Shown: positions 16,735 through 24,341 of the stretch, piece by piece
Position numbering within the stretch: the stretch's first letter is position 1
Layout of the letters: every line of letters begins with the position of its first letter
IMG/VR virus record: IMGVR_UViG_3300030372_002798
Span: 1-24,371 of that record
DNA: 24,371 bases
DNA from: a virus
Lineage: Duplodnaviria; Caudoviricetes
Strand: one strand, 5' to 3'
Notes under the pieces: model-generated
Databases searched by the model: none
Seen by the model: the letters and a program-made list of their open reading frames with translations, nothing else
What the model was told of the DNA's origin: nothing
Translations under genes and position numbers: made by a program

Positions 16735-16975
16735 ATATCAATGGAAAAAAATAGGCGACCATGACTATTTAGTCAATGTATTTCACATGGGTCAATGGAT
16801 TTGTCTTAATTGCGAAGATATTGTTATGGAAGATTATACTTACGAAAAAGATTGTGGTTGTTGCAAACCTAATTTAGTAATGTATCAAGATTGGGTAATA
16901 GATAATTTCAAAGCAGATGGATATAATAGGAGGAAACATGTCAATGAAAAAAAATGTTGCGAACTTTGCGAATAA
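16724..16975 (+). CDS. Cys-rich small protein
   Basis: Start reassigned to GTG 16724 behind AGGAGG. Contains CLNC, CGCC and CCELC. Confidence 0.55.
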   Translation: MSYKYQWKKIGDHDYLVNVFHMGQWICLNCEDIVMEDYTYEKDCGCCKPNLVMYQDWVIDNFKADGYNRRKHVNEKKCCELCE

Positions 16976-17156
16976 GTTAGAAAAAATGACAAGAGAGCAT
17001 TGTAGAGATATAAATGAGATTAGAGTTGAAAGTATGGTTAAGAAAATGTGCATGACACCATTTGATAATTATAATCAAGCACAAAACGAAACAATTATAA
17101 AACAAATTTTTTTAGAAAGTAAACTTAGTTGGAGGAAAAAAGATGGAATTAGTTGA
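16938..17156 (+). CDS. Hypothetical protein
   Basis: AGGAGG SD before ATG 16938. Confidence 0.6.
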   Translation: MSMKKNVANFANKLEKMTREHCRDINEIRVESMVKKMCMTPFDNYNQAQNETIIKQIFLESKLSWRKKDGIS

Positions 17157-17214
17157 TGTGTTTACAATAATAGTAATAGGAGTTATTTATTTAATTATAG
17201 AAGGAGGAATGTAA
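17143..17214 (+). CDS. 23-aa hydrophobic micro-protein (not in ORF track)
   Basis: GGAGG SD. MELVDVFTIIVIGVIYLIIEGGM. Fills the intergenic gap. Confidence 0.45.
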   Translation: MELVDVFTIIVIGVIYLIIEGGM

Positions 17215-17215
17215 A

Positions 17216-17482
17216 ATGTGGTTTAAGAAAAAGAAAGAAGTAAAAACTTTAAAAAGTGGTAGAAGTAGGAAAGCCAATGGTAAAACTGCAAAAGTGTTAA
17301 ATCATTTGATGGAAAATGGTAGCATTACATCAATGGAGGCATTTGAAACATACAATGCGACAAGGTTAAGTGCTATTATATATAACCTGCGACAACAAGG
17401 TCATGATATTTTGACACATGAAACACTTATAAGCAACGACAGTGGTTATACTTATGCTACCTACTACTTGGTTGAAAACTAA
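17216..17482 (+). CDS. Winged helix-turn-helix DNA-binding protein
   Basis: KVLNHLMENGSITSMEAFETYNATRLSAIIYNLRQQGHDI is a common phage wHTH pattern. Confidence 0.8.
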   Translation: MWFKKKKEVKTLKSGRSRKANGKTAKVLNHLMENGSITSMEAFETYNATRLSAIIYNLRQQGHDILTHETLISNDSGYTYATYYLVEN

Positions 17483-17529
17483 AAAGTGTTTGTATTGATT
17501 GAAAATGTATTTAAATTAATAAAAAAACT

Positions 17530-17703
17530 ATGGAAAAAAATACAAATCGTGTTATAGTTTTAAAGTTAGATGATAGGGAAGAGTGCAATATACTTTTACA
17601 CTCACTTAAAAACTTGCCAAAAAATATTGGTAATGTTAATGGGTTGAAGTTGGAAAAGTTGATTGGAACGATACAAGTAATCAGAGAAAGTCTATCAAAA
17701 TAA
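17530..17703 (+). CDS. 57-aa hypothetical protein (not in ORF track)
   Basis: MEKNTNRVIVLKLDDREECNILLHSLKNLPK... No SD, AT-rich leader. Confidence 0.5.
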   Translation: MEKNTNRVIVLKLDDREECNILLHSLKNLPKNIGNVNGLKLEKLIGTIQVIRESLSK

Positions 17704-17784
17704 AGAATTGCCCAAAGGTGTTTTACATCTTACTCACATGTTATCATAATACCTCTTCCCTTTGGGCATATAAAAGGAGAAACA

Positions 17785-17946
17785 ATGGAAAAGAAAGTTG
17801 GAGTGCAAATTGATAAGTCGTTATATACAGACTTATCTTTAATAGCAAAAAGTCAGTATCGTAGCACTGCTGCGTTAGTTAGAATGGTTTTAGGTAAATT
17901 CGTAAAAGATAATAATGGGCTTATAAATGAGGAGGACAAGCAATGA
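17785..17946 (+). CDS. Ribbon-helix-helix (Arc/CopG-like) regulator (not in ORF track)
   Basis: AAGGAG SD. MEKKVGVQIDKSLYTDLSLIAKSQYRSTAALVRMVLGKFV shows an alternating beta strand, helix, RS turn and helix. ATGA-coupled to erf. Confidence 0.7.
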   Translation: MEKKVGVQIDKSLYTDLSLIAKSQYRSTAALVRMVLGKFVKDNNGLINEEDKQ

Positions 17947-18389
17947 TGTGGACAAGTTTCGAGAGTGATGAAAAAACAAACATAATCAAAGCACTTGTTA
18001 AAGTGCAATCTCAATTAGAAAATCTAACAAAAGATACACAAGCATTTAAGTATAAGTATGTAAAGTTAGATAAGTTAGTTGATGCAGTAAAAGAGCCATT
18101 AAATAAAAACGGTATCTTTTTTAGTCAAATGCCATTAGGCGATAGCAATCAAATTGGTGTTAGAACAATATTTTATCACACAAGTGGAGAATGGATTGCT
18201 ACGCAATTATTATCTCCGATTGCAGAGTTGCAAGGACAAAACATGTATCAATCGCAAGGTAGTGCAATCACTTATTTCAGAAGATATTCTCTTGCTGCTA
18301 TGTTAGGGTTGTGTGATGTTGATGATACAGATGCACAAGGTAAGGTTGAAAAAACCTATACAGTGCAATCAGACGATTTAGATTTTTAG
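17943..18389 (+). CDS. erf: ERF-family ssDNA annealing protein
   Basis: ALVKVQ, YKYVKLD, HTSGEWI and GSAITYFRRYSLAAMLG...DDTDA signature. Confidence 0.92.
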   Translation: MMWTSFESDEKTNIIKALVKVQSQLENLTKDTQAFKYKYVKLDKLVDAVKEPLNKNGIFFSQMPLGDSNQIGVRTIFYHTSGEWIATQLLSPIAELQGQNMYQSQGSAITYFRRYSLAAMLGLCDVDDTDAQGKVEKTYTVQSDDLDF

Positions 18390-18434
18390 ATATAGCATTC
18401 CCACGAGAGAATGCTACAAAGAAAGGAGCGAACA

Positions 18435-18707
18435 ATGAAGTTCAAGGTAATAGAATCTAATGATTATAGTTATGATGCAAAAGACAAAAATGTTTTTACT
18501 GCGTCTAAACTATATGACATTATGATTAGTGTGAAGAGGAATCCAAAACGAATGACTTTTAATCCAGTGGAATTATATTATCAAAGATTATATAGTGTTT
18601 GGAACATGCATAGAAATGACAAGATTTATTTTGCAATAATTATAACTATGTTATCAACAAGTTTGTTTTGGTATATAGCAATTTTAATTGAATTTGGAGG
18701 TATTTAA
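18435..18707 (+). CDS. Hypothetical protein with C-terminal TM helix
   Basis: AAGGAG SD before ATG 18435. Hydrophobic IYFAIIITMLSTSLFWYIAILI. Confidence 0.6.
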   Translation: MKFKVIESNDYSYDAKDKNVFTASKLYDIMISVKRNPKRMTFNPVELYYQRLYSVWNMHRNDKIYFAIIITMLSTSLFWYIAILIEFGGI

Positions 18708-19016
18708 ATGTTGAAAGAATTAGAAGTGGATTTTTATAATAAGGATGATTTTTGGAAGAAAAATCAAGATGAGAGATATGAGTATTTCAAAAACTTTCTT
18801 ATAGCCATGATTGGTTTAACAGAAATAACTAACGATGAAAAGATGATTGAATCTTATAATAATGTACATACACAACTTGCATTGCTTATAATATTTTTAA
18901 CAACCACAGATGATGAAAGGCAAGAGGAAATAGAACTTAAATGGTTAGATAAGTTTTATAAAGATACAAGAGTTTCTTTCTTTTCAACACATGAAGGAGT
19001 AAGCGGCAAGGCATGA
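18708..19016 (+). CDS. Hypothetical protein
   Basis: GGAGGT SD; coupled to the initiator gene. Confidence 0.65.
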   Translation: MLKELEVDFYNKDDFWKKNQDERYEYFKNFLIAMIGLTEITNDEKMIESYNNVHTQLALLIIFLTTTDDERQEEIELKWLDKFYKDTRVSFFSTHEGVSGKA

Positions 19017-19759
19017 GTGGTTGGATTAAAATACATAGAGATATAAAACATCATTGGATATTTCAAAGAGAAGATTATCTCAAGGCGTGGTTATTTCTTA
19101 TATTAAGAGCCAATCATAAGGACAATAAAACTTTATATTCAGATATTTTACCAGAGATAGTTGATATAAAAAGAGGCGAAATTGTAAGCAGCTTACAGAA
19201 GTTAGGTTATGAGTTAAAGTGGACACCATCAAAAGTTAGAAGATTTTTACAAAAACTTCAAAAAGATAATATGATTACGATTCATAATGAAAAAAGATGG
19301 ACACACCTAACTATCAATAACTACGACACTTACCAAGATGTGCGACACACCAATGAAACAGAAACGAAACACCAACGAAACATTGGCGAAAACAATATAA
19401 GAATGAATAAGAAGAATAAGAATGTAAAGAAGTCTTTATCACAAAAAGAGCAATTAAATCTTATATTTGTAAACTTGGAGGATTTGCAAAAGGAGTTTCC
19501 AAAGGTAAAGGTAGCCTTGGAGTTTCAAAAGATGAGAGATTGGTTAGCTGCTAATGGAAAAAGATATAAGAACTATAATGCTTTTTTTAGAAATTGGTTG
19601 CGTAATGCAAATGAAAAATTCTTAGATTCTGATGAAGAGACAATTTCTTACACTTATAAGTGCAACAAGTGTGGGAAGGAAAGAAAAAATCAACAGTATA
19701 AAGATTTGTTTGTAGAATGTTGTGATATGCAAATGGTTGCACACTCGGAGGTAAAATGA
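19013..19759 (+). CDS. Phage replication initiator / replisome organiser
   Basis: MSGWIKIHR...W, IKRGE, wHTH segment, TINNYDTYQ, a repeat-encoded linker, YKNYNAFFRNW and a C-terminal CNKC...CC Zn-ribbon. Confidence 0.82.
   Translation: MSGWIKIHRDIKHHWIFQREDYLKAWLFLILRANHKDNKTLYSDILPEIVDIKRGEIVSSLQKLGYELKWTPSKVRRFLQKLQKDNMITIHNEKRWTHLTINNYDTYQDVRHTNETETKHQRNIGENNIRMNKKNKNVKKSLSQKEQLNLIFVNLEDLQKEFPKVKVALEFQKMRDWLAANGKRYKNYNAFFRNWLRNANEKFLDSDEETISYTYKCNKCGKERKNQQYKDLFVECCDMQMVAHSEVK
19343..19432. promoter_or_regulatory. Candidate replication origin (iterons plus A-rich tract) inside the initiator gene
   Basis: ACACCAA(T/C)GAAACA at 19347-19360 and 19369-19382, extra GAAAC units, then ATAAGAA three times. 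Lambda O-like arrangement. Confidence 0.6.
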
Positions 19760-20226
19760 GTTATATAGATGGAAGTAGATATGAGAAAGATTGGAAGCCT
19801 AAATACAAAACAAGATGGGTGTATGAGATAATGCAAAGAAGAGGTGGATTGAGGAAGTTCTATTTTAACACTGCAAGACAATTAAATAGTTTTAGAAACT
19901 TAACAAGAGAACATTCATCTCAACATATTATGCCAGATAGTTCTTCTTTGTTTAATGTAAGAGAAAGTTGCTTTAGTCAAAGGGTAGATTTAAACGACCC
20001 TTATACCATACCTTGCACTACTTTAAAATATTATGGTTGTGAAAATGATTACGCCTTTCAAAAAAATCAAGAGTATTGGAAAAAATGTGCAGAAAATTTA
20101 GAACAAAAAAGATTAAATGGAACGACACCACCAGATTATGTTAATATGACTGATTGGGTAAAGATGTCAAAAAAAGAAAAGAAGGAGATTACAGATGCCT
20201 ATAAACTCAAGAGACAAAGGCAATAG
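19756..20226 (+). CDS. Hypothetical protein
   Basis: GGAGGT SD, ATGA coupling. No family recognised. Confidence 0.65.
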   Translation: MSYIDGSRYEKDWKPKYKTRWVYEIMQRRGGLRKFYFNTARQLNSFRNLTREHSSQHIMPDSSSLFNVRESCFSQRVDLNDPYTIPCTTLKYYGCENDYAFQKNQEYWKKCAENLEQKRLNGTTPPDYVNMTDWVKMSKKEKKEITDAYKLKRQRQ

Positions 20227-20614
20227 AGCAGAAAGAGAAGTTGCAAAAACTATTAATAGATATTTAGGAACTAATTGCAGGCGGACACCTTTGTCGGGAG
20301 GACTTTCTATCAAGGGAGACATCATAGACATTGACCCAGATAGTGTTGCAGCACAGTATCATTTTGAGATAAAAAATACTAAAAAACTATCTTTGCCAAT
20401 ATGGTGGAAACAAATATACAATGACAATACATCAAAAATTCCAGTGAATATATTTAAAATGAATGCTAAGTTCTATGCAACATTAGAATTAACTGATTGG
20501 CTAAGCGATTTAGCAGAAGTCAAGGAGTTAAAGGAGGAGATTGGAAATTTGAAAACTGCTAATAAAGGTTTAGAAGATAGGATAACAGAACTCGAAAGGG
20601 AACTATACAAATGA
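20195..20614 (+). CDS. PD-(D/E)xK nuclease, Holliday junction resolvase-like
   Basis: NSRDKGNRAERE...RRTPLSGG...GDI...FEIKN motifs. Confidence 0.82.
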   Translation: MPINSRDKGNRAEREVAKTINRYLGTNCRRTPLSGGLSIKGDIIDIDPDSVAAQYHFEIKNTKKLSLPIWWKQIYNDNTSKIPVNIFKMNAKFYATLELTDWLSDLAEVKELKEEIGNLKTANKGLEDRITELERELYK

Positions 20615-21855
20615 GTGGATTAATACTTGAGAATCAAGTAGTGTGTTGCCCAAGATGTAATAGTAGTAATGTAAAGAAAAAAGGATTTAGGCATAACAGA
20701 GGGCAAAAAATACAAAGATGGAAGTGTAATTCTTGTGGTTATAGCACATCTGACCCTTTATATCTTGATAAAGATGTTATTATCGAAAATGTAAGATTAG
20801 CAAAACAAAAACAAAATGCACAAGATAGAAATAGAATTGCTAATAAATCTTTTAGGGAACATGCCAGATTAGATAATGCCTTAGAAGAATACAATAAAAA
20901 CTTAATTAAAGTTCTTGAAAAACATACAATACCAAAACTGACACATGTTAAAACAAAAAGTAGCAAGGCGGTCGGTGTTATACAAATATCAGATACACAC
21001 TTTAATGAAGAAGTAAATCTACCAAACAATAAATATAATTTTGAAGTAGCATCAAAAAGATTAAGAACTTATATCAGAAAGGCTAAGGTTTACTTAAAAG
21101 CAATAGGTGTAAAAGAAGTTTTAATTGCTATGACTGGAGACTTAATGAACTCTGATAGAAGGTTAGATGAAATGTTTGCACAATCTACCAATCGTTCTAA
21201 TGCAACATTTATATCAGTGCAGTTGTTAAAGCAAGTAGTTGAAGATGTCAGAACAGACTTTAAGGTTTCTCTTGCTTGTATTACTGGTAATGAAAGCAGG
21301 GTAAAAGATGAGATAGGTTGGGATGATTACATTGCAAGTGATAACTACGACTTTACTATTTACAATATTTTAAGATTCTTATATCGTGATACAGATGTAG
21401 ATTTTATTCTCTCAAAGGATGCAACAGAAGTTGTAGTGAATTTAGCAGGTATGAATCTACTTATGATACATGGACATGGGAGTATTAAAGCAAAACACGA
21501 AACATCAATAACACAAATTAAAGGTAGATATTCAAGTGGTAGGGATGTTAAGATTGATTTTGTTATATCTGGACATATACACTCTGCAAGAGTTGGAGAT
21601 ACCTATGGAAGAAGTTCTTCTCTTGTTGGAGCAAATGCTTATTCAGAAAAAAACCTTAATTTAGAAGGAAGGGCAAGTCAAAATGTTTATGTATTTTATA
21701 AAAATCAAACCATTGATGGTATTAAAATAGATTTACAAAATTATGACAAAAAGGGCTATGATATATCTAAAGAACTTCAAGAGTATGCGTACAACTCTAA
21801 ATCAGACGCTAAGTTAAAACAAGGTAAAACAATATTAAAAATAATAACAGTATGA
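20611..21855 (+). CDS. Zn-ribbon plus calcineurin-like metallophosphoesterase
   Basis: N-terminal CPRC...KKG...QRWKCNSC, a coiled coil, then SDTH, TGD, GNE, HGH and GHIH motifs. Confidence 0.85.
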   Translation: MSGLILENQVVCCPRCNSSNVKKKGFRHNRGQKIQRWKCNSCGYSTSDPLYLDKDVIIENVRLAKQKQNAQDRNRIANKSFREHARLDNALEEYNKNLIKVLEKHTIPKLTHVKTKSSKAVGVIQISDTHFNEEVNLPNNKYNFEVASKRLRTYIRKAKVYLKAIGVKEVLIAMTGDLMNSDRRLDEMFAQSTNRSNATFISVQLLKQVVEDVRTDFKVSLACITGNESRVKDEIGWDDYIASDNYDFTIYNILRFLYRDTDVDFILSKDATEVVVNLAGMNLLMIHGHGSIKAKHETSITQIKGRYSSGRDVKIDFVISGHIHSARVGDTYGRSSSLVGANAYSEKNLNLEGRASQNVYVFYKNQTIDGIKIDLQNYDKKGYDISKELQEYAYNSKSDAKLKQGKTILKIITV

Positions 21856-22859
21856 CACATGGCAGCTTATTTAGTGGTATAGGTGGTATAGATTTGGGTT
21901 TTGAGATGGCAGGTATAAAAACATCTTGGACATGTGAAATTGATGAGTGGTGTCATAAGTTATTAAAAGAAAGGTTTCCAAATGCAAAACATTATAAAGA
22001 TATTATGGGAATTAATAAAAACTCTTTGCAAAGAGTTGATATTATTAGTGGAGGTTTTCCTTGCCAAGATATATCTACAGCAGGGAAAGGAGAAGGATTA
22101 GATGGAAAGAGGAGTGGTCTTTGGTTTGAAATGTTTAGAATTATTAGGGAATTACGACCAAAATGGATTCTTATTGAAAATGTCGCAAATCTCACTAATA
22201 AAGGAGGAGTTAGAGTATTGCAAGACCTTGCCGAAGCAGGGTATGATGCAGAATGGCAAATTATATCAGCAAGAGATGTTGGAGCAAAACACATCAGAAA
22301 AAGACTCTGGATTGTCGGATATAGACAAGACATACAACACGCCCTTAAACAGAGATTGGAGAGACACATACACAGCAGTAAGATGCAGACTGGGGAAGAA
22401 AGACGAGAGGTTGTACAACAATGGTCTACCGAAGAAGTTGTTTATAGAAGAAATAATGAGTTATCCAACACCAGTAGCAACAAACATTCAAAGCCCAGCT
22501 CCCAATCAAGTAGAAAGAACAAAAGGGGGAAGTTTTATAATAAGAAGAAAAGCAAAGCCACACATGACTTATGGAGCGAGACTACAAGATGTGATAATGT
22601 ATCTACATCAACAACTTCCCAAGAAAGAACAAATCAAAATGTTAAAAGACCAAATAGAATACTTGGAGAATTTAGACTTAAATCCTTTGAAAGGCTTAAA
22701 AATGAATCCAGATTGGATAGAGTGGCTTATGGGTTATCCCAAAAAGTGGACAAATATTACGACAGAGTTAAAGGACTTGGAAATGGAGTCGTACCACAAA
22801 TCCCATTTCTTATCGGAAAAAGAATCAAACACTTAAATAATATATTGGAGGAAAAATGA
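21852..22859 (+). CDS. DNA (cytosine-5) methyltransferase, alpha-like chain lacking motif IX
   Basis: Motif I LFSGIGG, IV GGFPCQDIS, VI ENV, VIII RKRLWIVG and X GLGNGVVP. Confidence 0.93.
   Translation: MTHGSLFSGIGGIDLGFEMAGIKTSWTCEIDEWCHKLLKERFPNAKHYKDIMGINKNSLQRVDIISGGFPCQDISTAGKGEGLDGKRSGLWFEMFRIIRELRPKWILIENVANLTNKGGVRVLQDLAEAGYDAEWQIISARDVGAKHIRKRLWIVGYRQDIQHALKQRLERHIHSSKMQTGEERREVVQQWSTEEVVYRRNNELSNTSSNKHSKPSSQSSRKNKRGKFYNKKKSKATHDLWSETTRCDNVSTSTTSQERTNQNVKRPNRILGEFRLKSFERLKNESRLDRVAYGLSQKVDKYYDRVKGLGNGVVPQIPFLIGKRIKHLNNILEEK
22102..22836 (+). CDS. Nested +1-frame ORF, putative beta chain of the C5 methyltransferase (motif IX, possibly TRD)
   Basis: 244 aa open frame fully inside the MTase gene in AT-rich DNA. 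AGGAG lies 9 nt before the ATG. Contains YPTP and MNPDWIEWLMGYP (motif IX-like). Confidence 0.8.
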   Translation: MERGVVFGLKCLELLGNYDQNGFLLKMSQISLIKEELEYCKTLPKQGMMQNGKLYQQEMLEQNTSEKDSGLSDIDKTYNTPLNRDWRDTYTAVRCRLGKKDERLYNNGLPKKLFIEEIMSYPTPVATNIQSPAPNQVERTKGGSFIIRRKAKPHMTYGARLQDVIMYLHQQLPKKEQIKMLKDQIEYLENLDLNPLKGLKMNPDWIEWLMGYPKKWTNITTELKDLEMESYHKSHFLSEKESNT

Positions 22860-23116
22860 GCGAAAAGAAAAAGTTTGACATGCCAGAAAATGTAGGCTAT
22901 TTGTTTAAAAATACATACAAAGACCACAACAACCCTAAAGACAAAAGTCCAGACTATAAAGGAGACTTTAATGTAGAGGGTAAAGTTCATAGAGTTTCTT
23001 TGTGGAAAAACAAAACCAAAAAAGGCGACATAATGTTAAAGTTATCAATTTATGAGCCACAAGGTGGAGCAAAACCTACTAACGAAGCATTATCTGATGA
23101 TGAATTACCATTTTAA
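22856..23116 (+). CDS. Small SSB-like protein
   Basis: LFKN...PDYKG...VSLWKN...LSI beta-rich core with acidic C-tail SDDELPF. Confidence 0.65.
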   Translation: MSEKKKFDMPENVGYLFKNTYKDHNNPKDKSPDYKGDFNVEGKVHRVSLWKNKTKKGDIMLKLSIYEPQGGAKPTNEALSDDELPF

Positions 23117-23205
23117 GGGGGCATATATAAACAATTAACAAGAAAGGAATCTTACCTTAGTTAGTTGCAAATACATGGGTTGGCTACTCGCCTCCTTAAA
23201 TAATT

Positions 23206-23727
23206 ATGAAAACAACATATATTAGCACAAGATTAAATAGATATACATTTGAAGTAGACCAAGTTAGACATTGGGTTGAATCAAGATGTCAAGGTAAAAC
23301 TCTTAACCTTTTTGCAGGTAAAGTAAAATTAAGGTTAGATGAATTTAGAGTTGATTTAAATGAAGATATGTTAGCAGATGAATATTGTGATGCCTATGAA
23401 TTTATAGAAAAATGCGACACATTTTATGATACCATACTTCTTGACCCACCTTATGCTTATCGAAAGGCTATGGAAATGTATGAAGGTAGATATACTACCA
23501 AGTTTAAAAAAATAGCAGATTTGATACATGAAAAAAACCTAACTAAAAGAGTTATAAGTTTTGGTTATCATTCTGCTTTTATGGGTAGAGGTAGATTATT
23601 TGACTTAGAGGAGTTGTGTGTCTTTGGACATGGAGGCTCACAACATTGTACAATAGCAATAGTAGAGGAGAAATTGGTAGATGGACAACAATACAAAGAT
23701 ACTATATTTGCTGCAATCGAAAATTAA
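23206..23727 (+). CDS. Small amino-methyltransferase (N6-adenine/N4-cytosine type)
   Basis: SAM-binding LNLFAG followed by catalytic LDPPY. Confidence 0.8.
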   Translation: MKTTYISTRLNRYTFEVDQVRHWVESRCQGKTLNLFAGKVKLRLDEFRVDLNEDMLADEYCDAYEFIEKCDTFYDTILLDPPYAYRKAMEMYEGRYTTKFKKIADLIHEKNLTKRVISFGYHSAFMGRGRLFDLEELCVFGHGGSQHCTIAIVEEKLVDGQQYKDTIFAAIEN

Positions 23728-23908
23728 TGAAGGACAGATTAAGTATAAACAAGATGTTCCCATTGATGGCAGTAGAGATAATTTAAAAGAAGCGTTGGAT
23801 GAAACATTAGACTTATGTATTTATCTTGCTGCAACAGTATTAGAGTTGCATGAAAAATACAAGAAATTTGAGGCTATTAATAATCCAAAGGACAAATTAC
23901 CCTTTTAG
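23681..23908 (+). CDS. MazG-like all-alpha NTP pyrophosphohydrolase-type protein
   Basis: GQIKY...LKEALDETLDLCIYL resembles the ExxD helix motif. Confidence 0.5.
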   Translation: MDNNTKILYLLQSKINEGQIKYKQDVPIDGSRDNLKEALDETLDLCIYLAATVLELHEKYKKFEAINNPKDKLPF

Positions 23909-23948
23909 TAAAAGATAATCGATTTTAGGGCTATTTTAATGCGTTCTG

Positions 23949-24341
23949 TTATATCTCTTGCCTTATATTAAAGCTAACAGAATATATAGAATAAGCAGTT
24001 TGTGTAAATTTTAAGTCATTTGCAGTAAATCTAACATCAATATAACTACTCCCCCCATCTGCACTAAATTGAAATGCAAGTTTTCTACCTTTTACTTGAT
24101 TTACTAAAACTTCAAGTTTTGATTTATCTGCTTCTGATAAGTTAGTGTATGACAATTCATACTCTAATTGTTTGCCATATCGTTCATTTGTATAGATTTT
24201 ACCACCATAAGACTGAGATACTGTTATTCCATCATATTTTGTTGTTTCTGCAACACTCATGTCTGGATTTCTGGATGGAGAATAGTTAGCATGGCTTGTG
24301 CTACTATCTGGTCTAAATCTAACTTCTGTTATAACTGCCAT
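23949..24341 (-). CDS. Tail protein (distal-tail / lambda gpM-like)
   Basis: 130 aa: YELSYTNLSEADKSKLEVLV...KGRKLAFQF...VRF...YSVSFNIRQ. Last gene of a minus-strand unit; the upstream ORF ends at 24351. Confidence 0.5.
   Translation of the reverse strand: MAVITEVRFRPDSSTSHANYSPSRNPDMSVAETTKYDGITVSQSYGGKIYTNERYGKQLEYELSYTNLSEADKSKLEVLVNQVKGRKLAFQFSADGGSSYIDVRFTANDLKFTQTAYSIYSVSFNIRQEI

Noticed and set aside
20641-20740. IS1-like insertion sequence
   Set aside because: Only the Zn-ribbon motif is present, in frame with a phosphoesterase. No DDE domain or terminal inverted repeats were seen.
22102-22836. Sequencing frameshift or pseudogene explanation for the MTase overlap
   Set aside because: Both frames are uninterrupted and the main frame carries motif X after the motif IX region, so two compensating errors would be needed. 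A nested subunit is more parsimonious.
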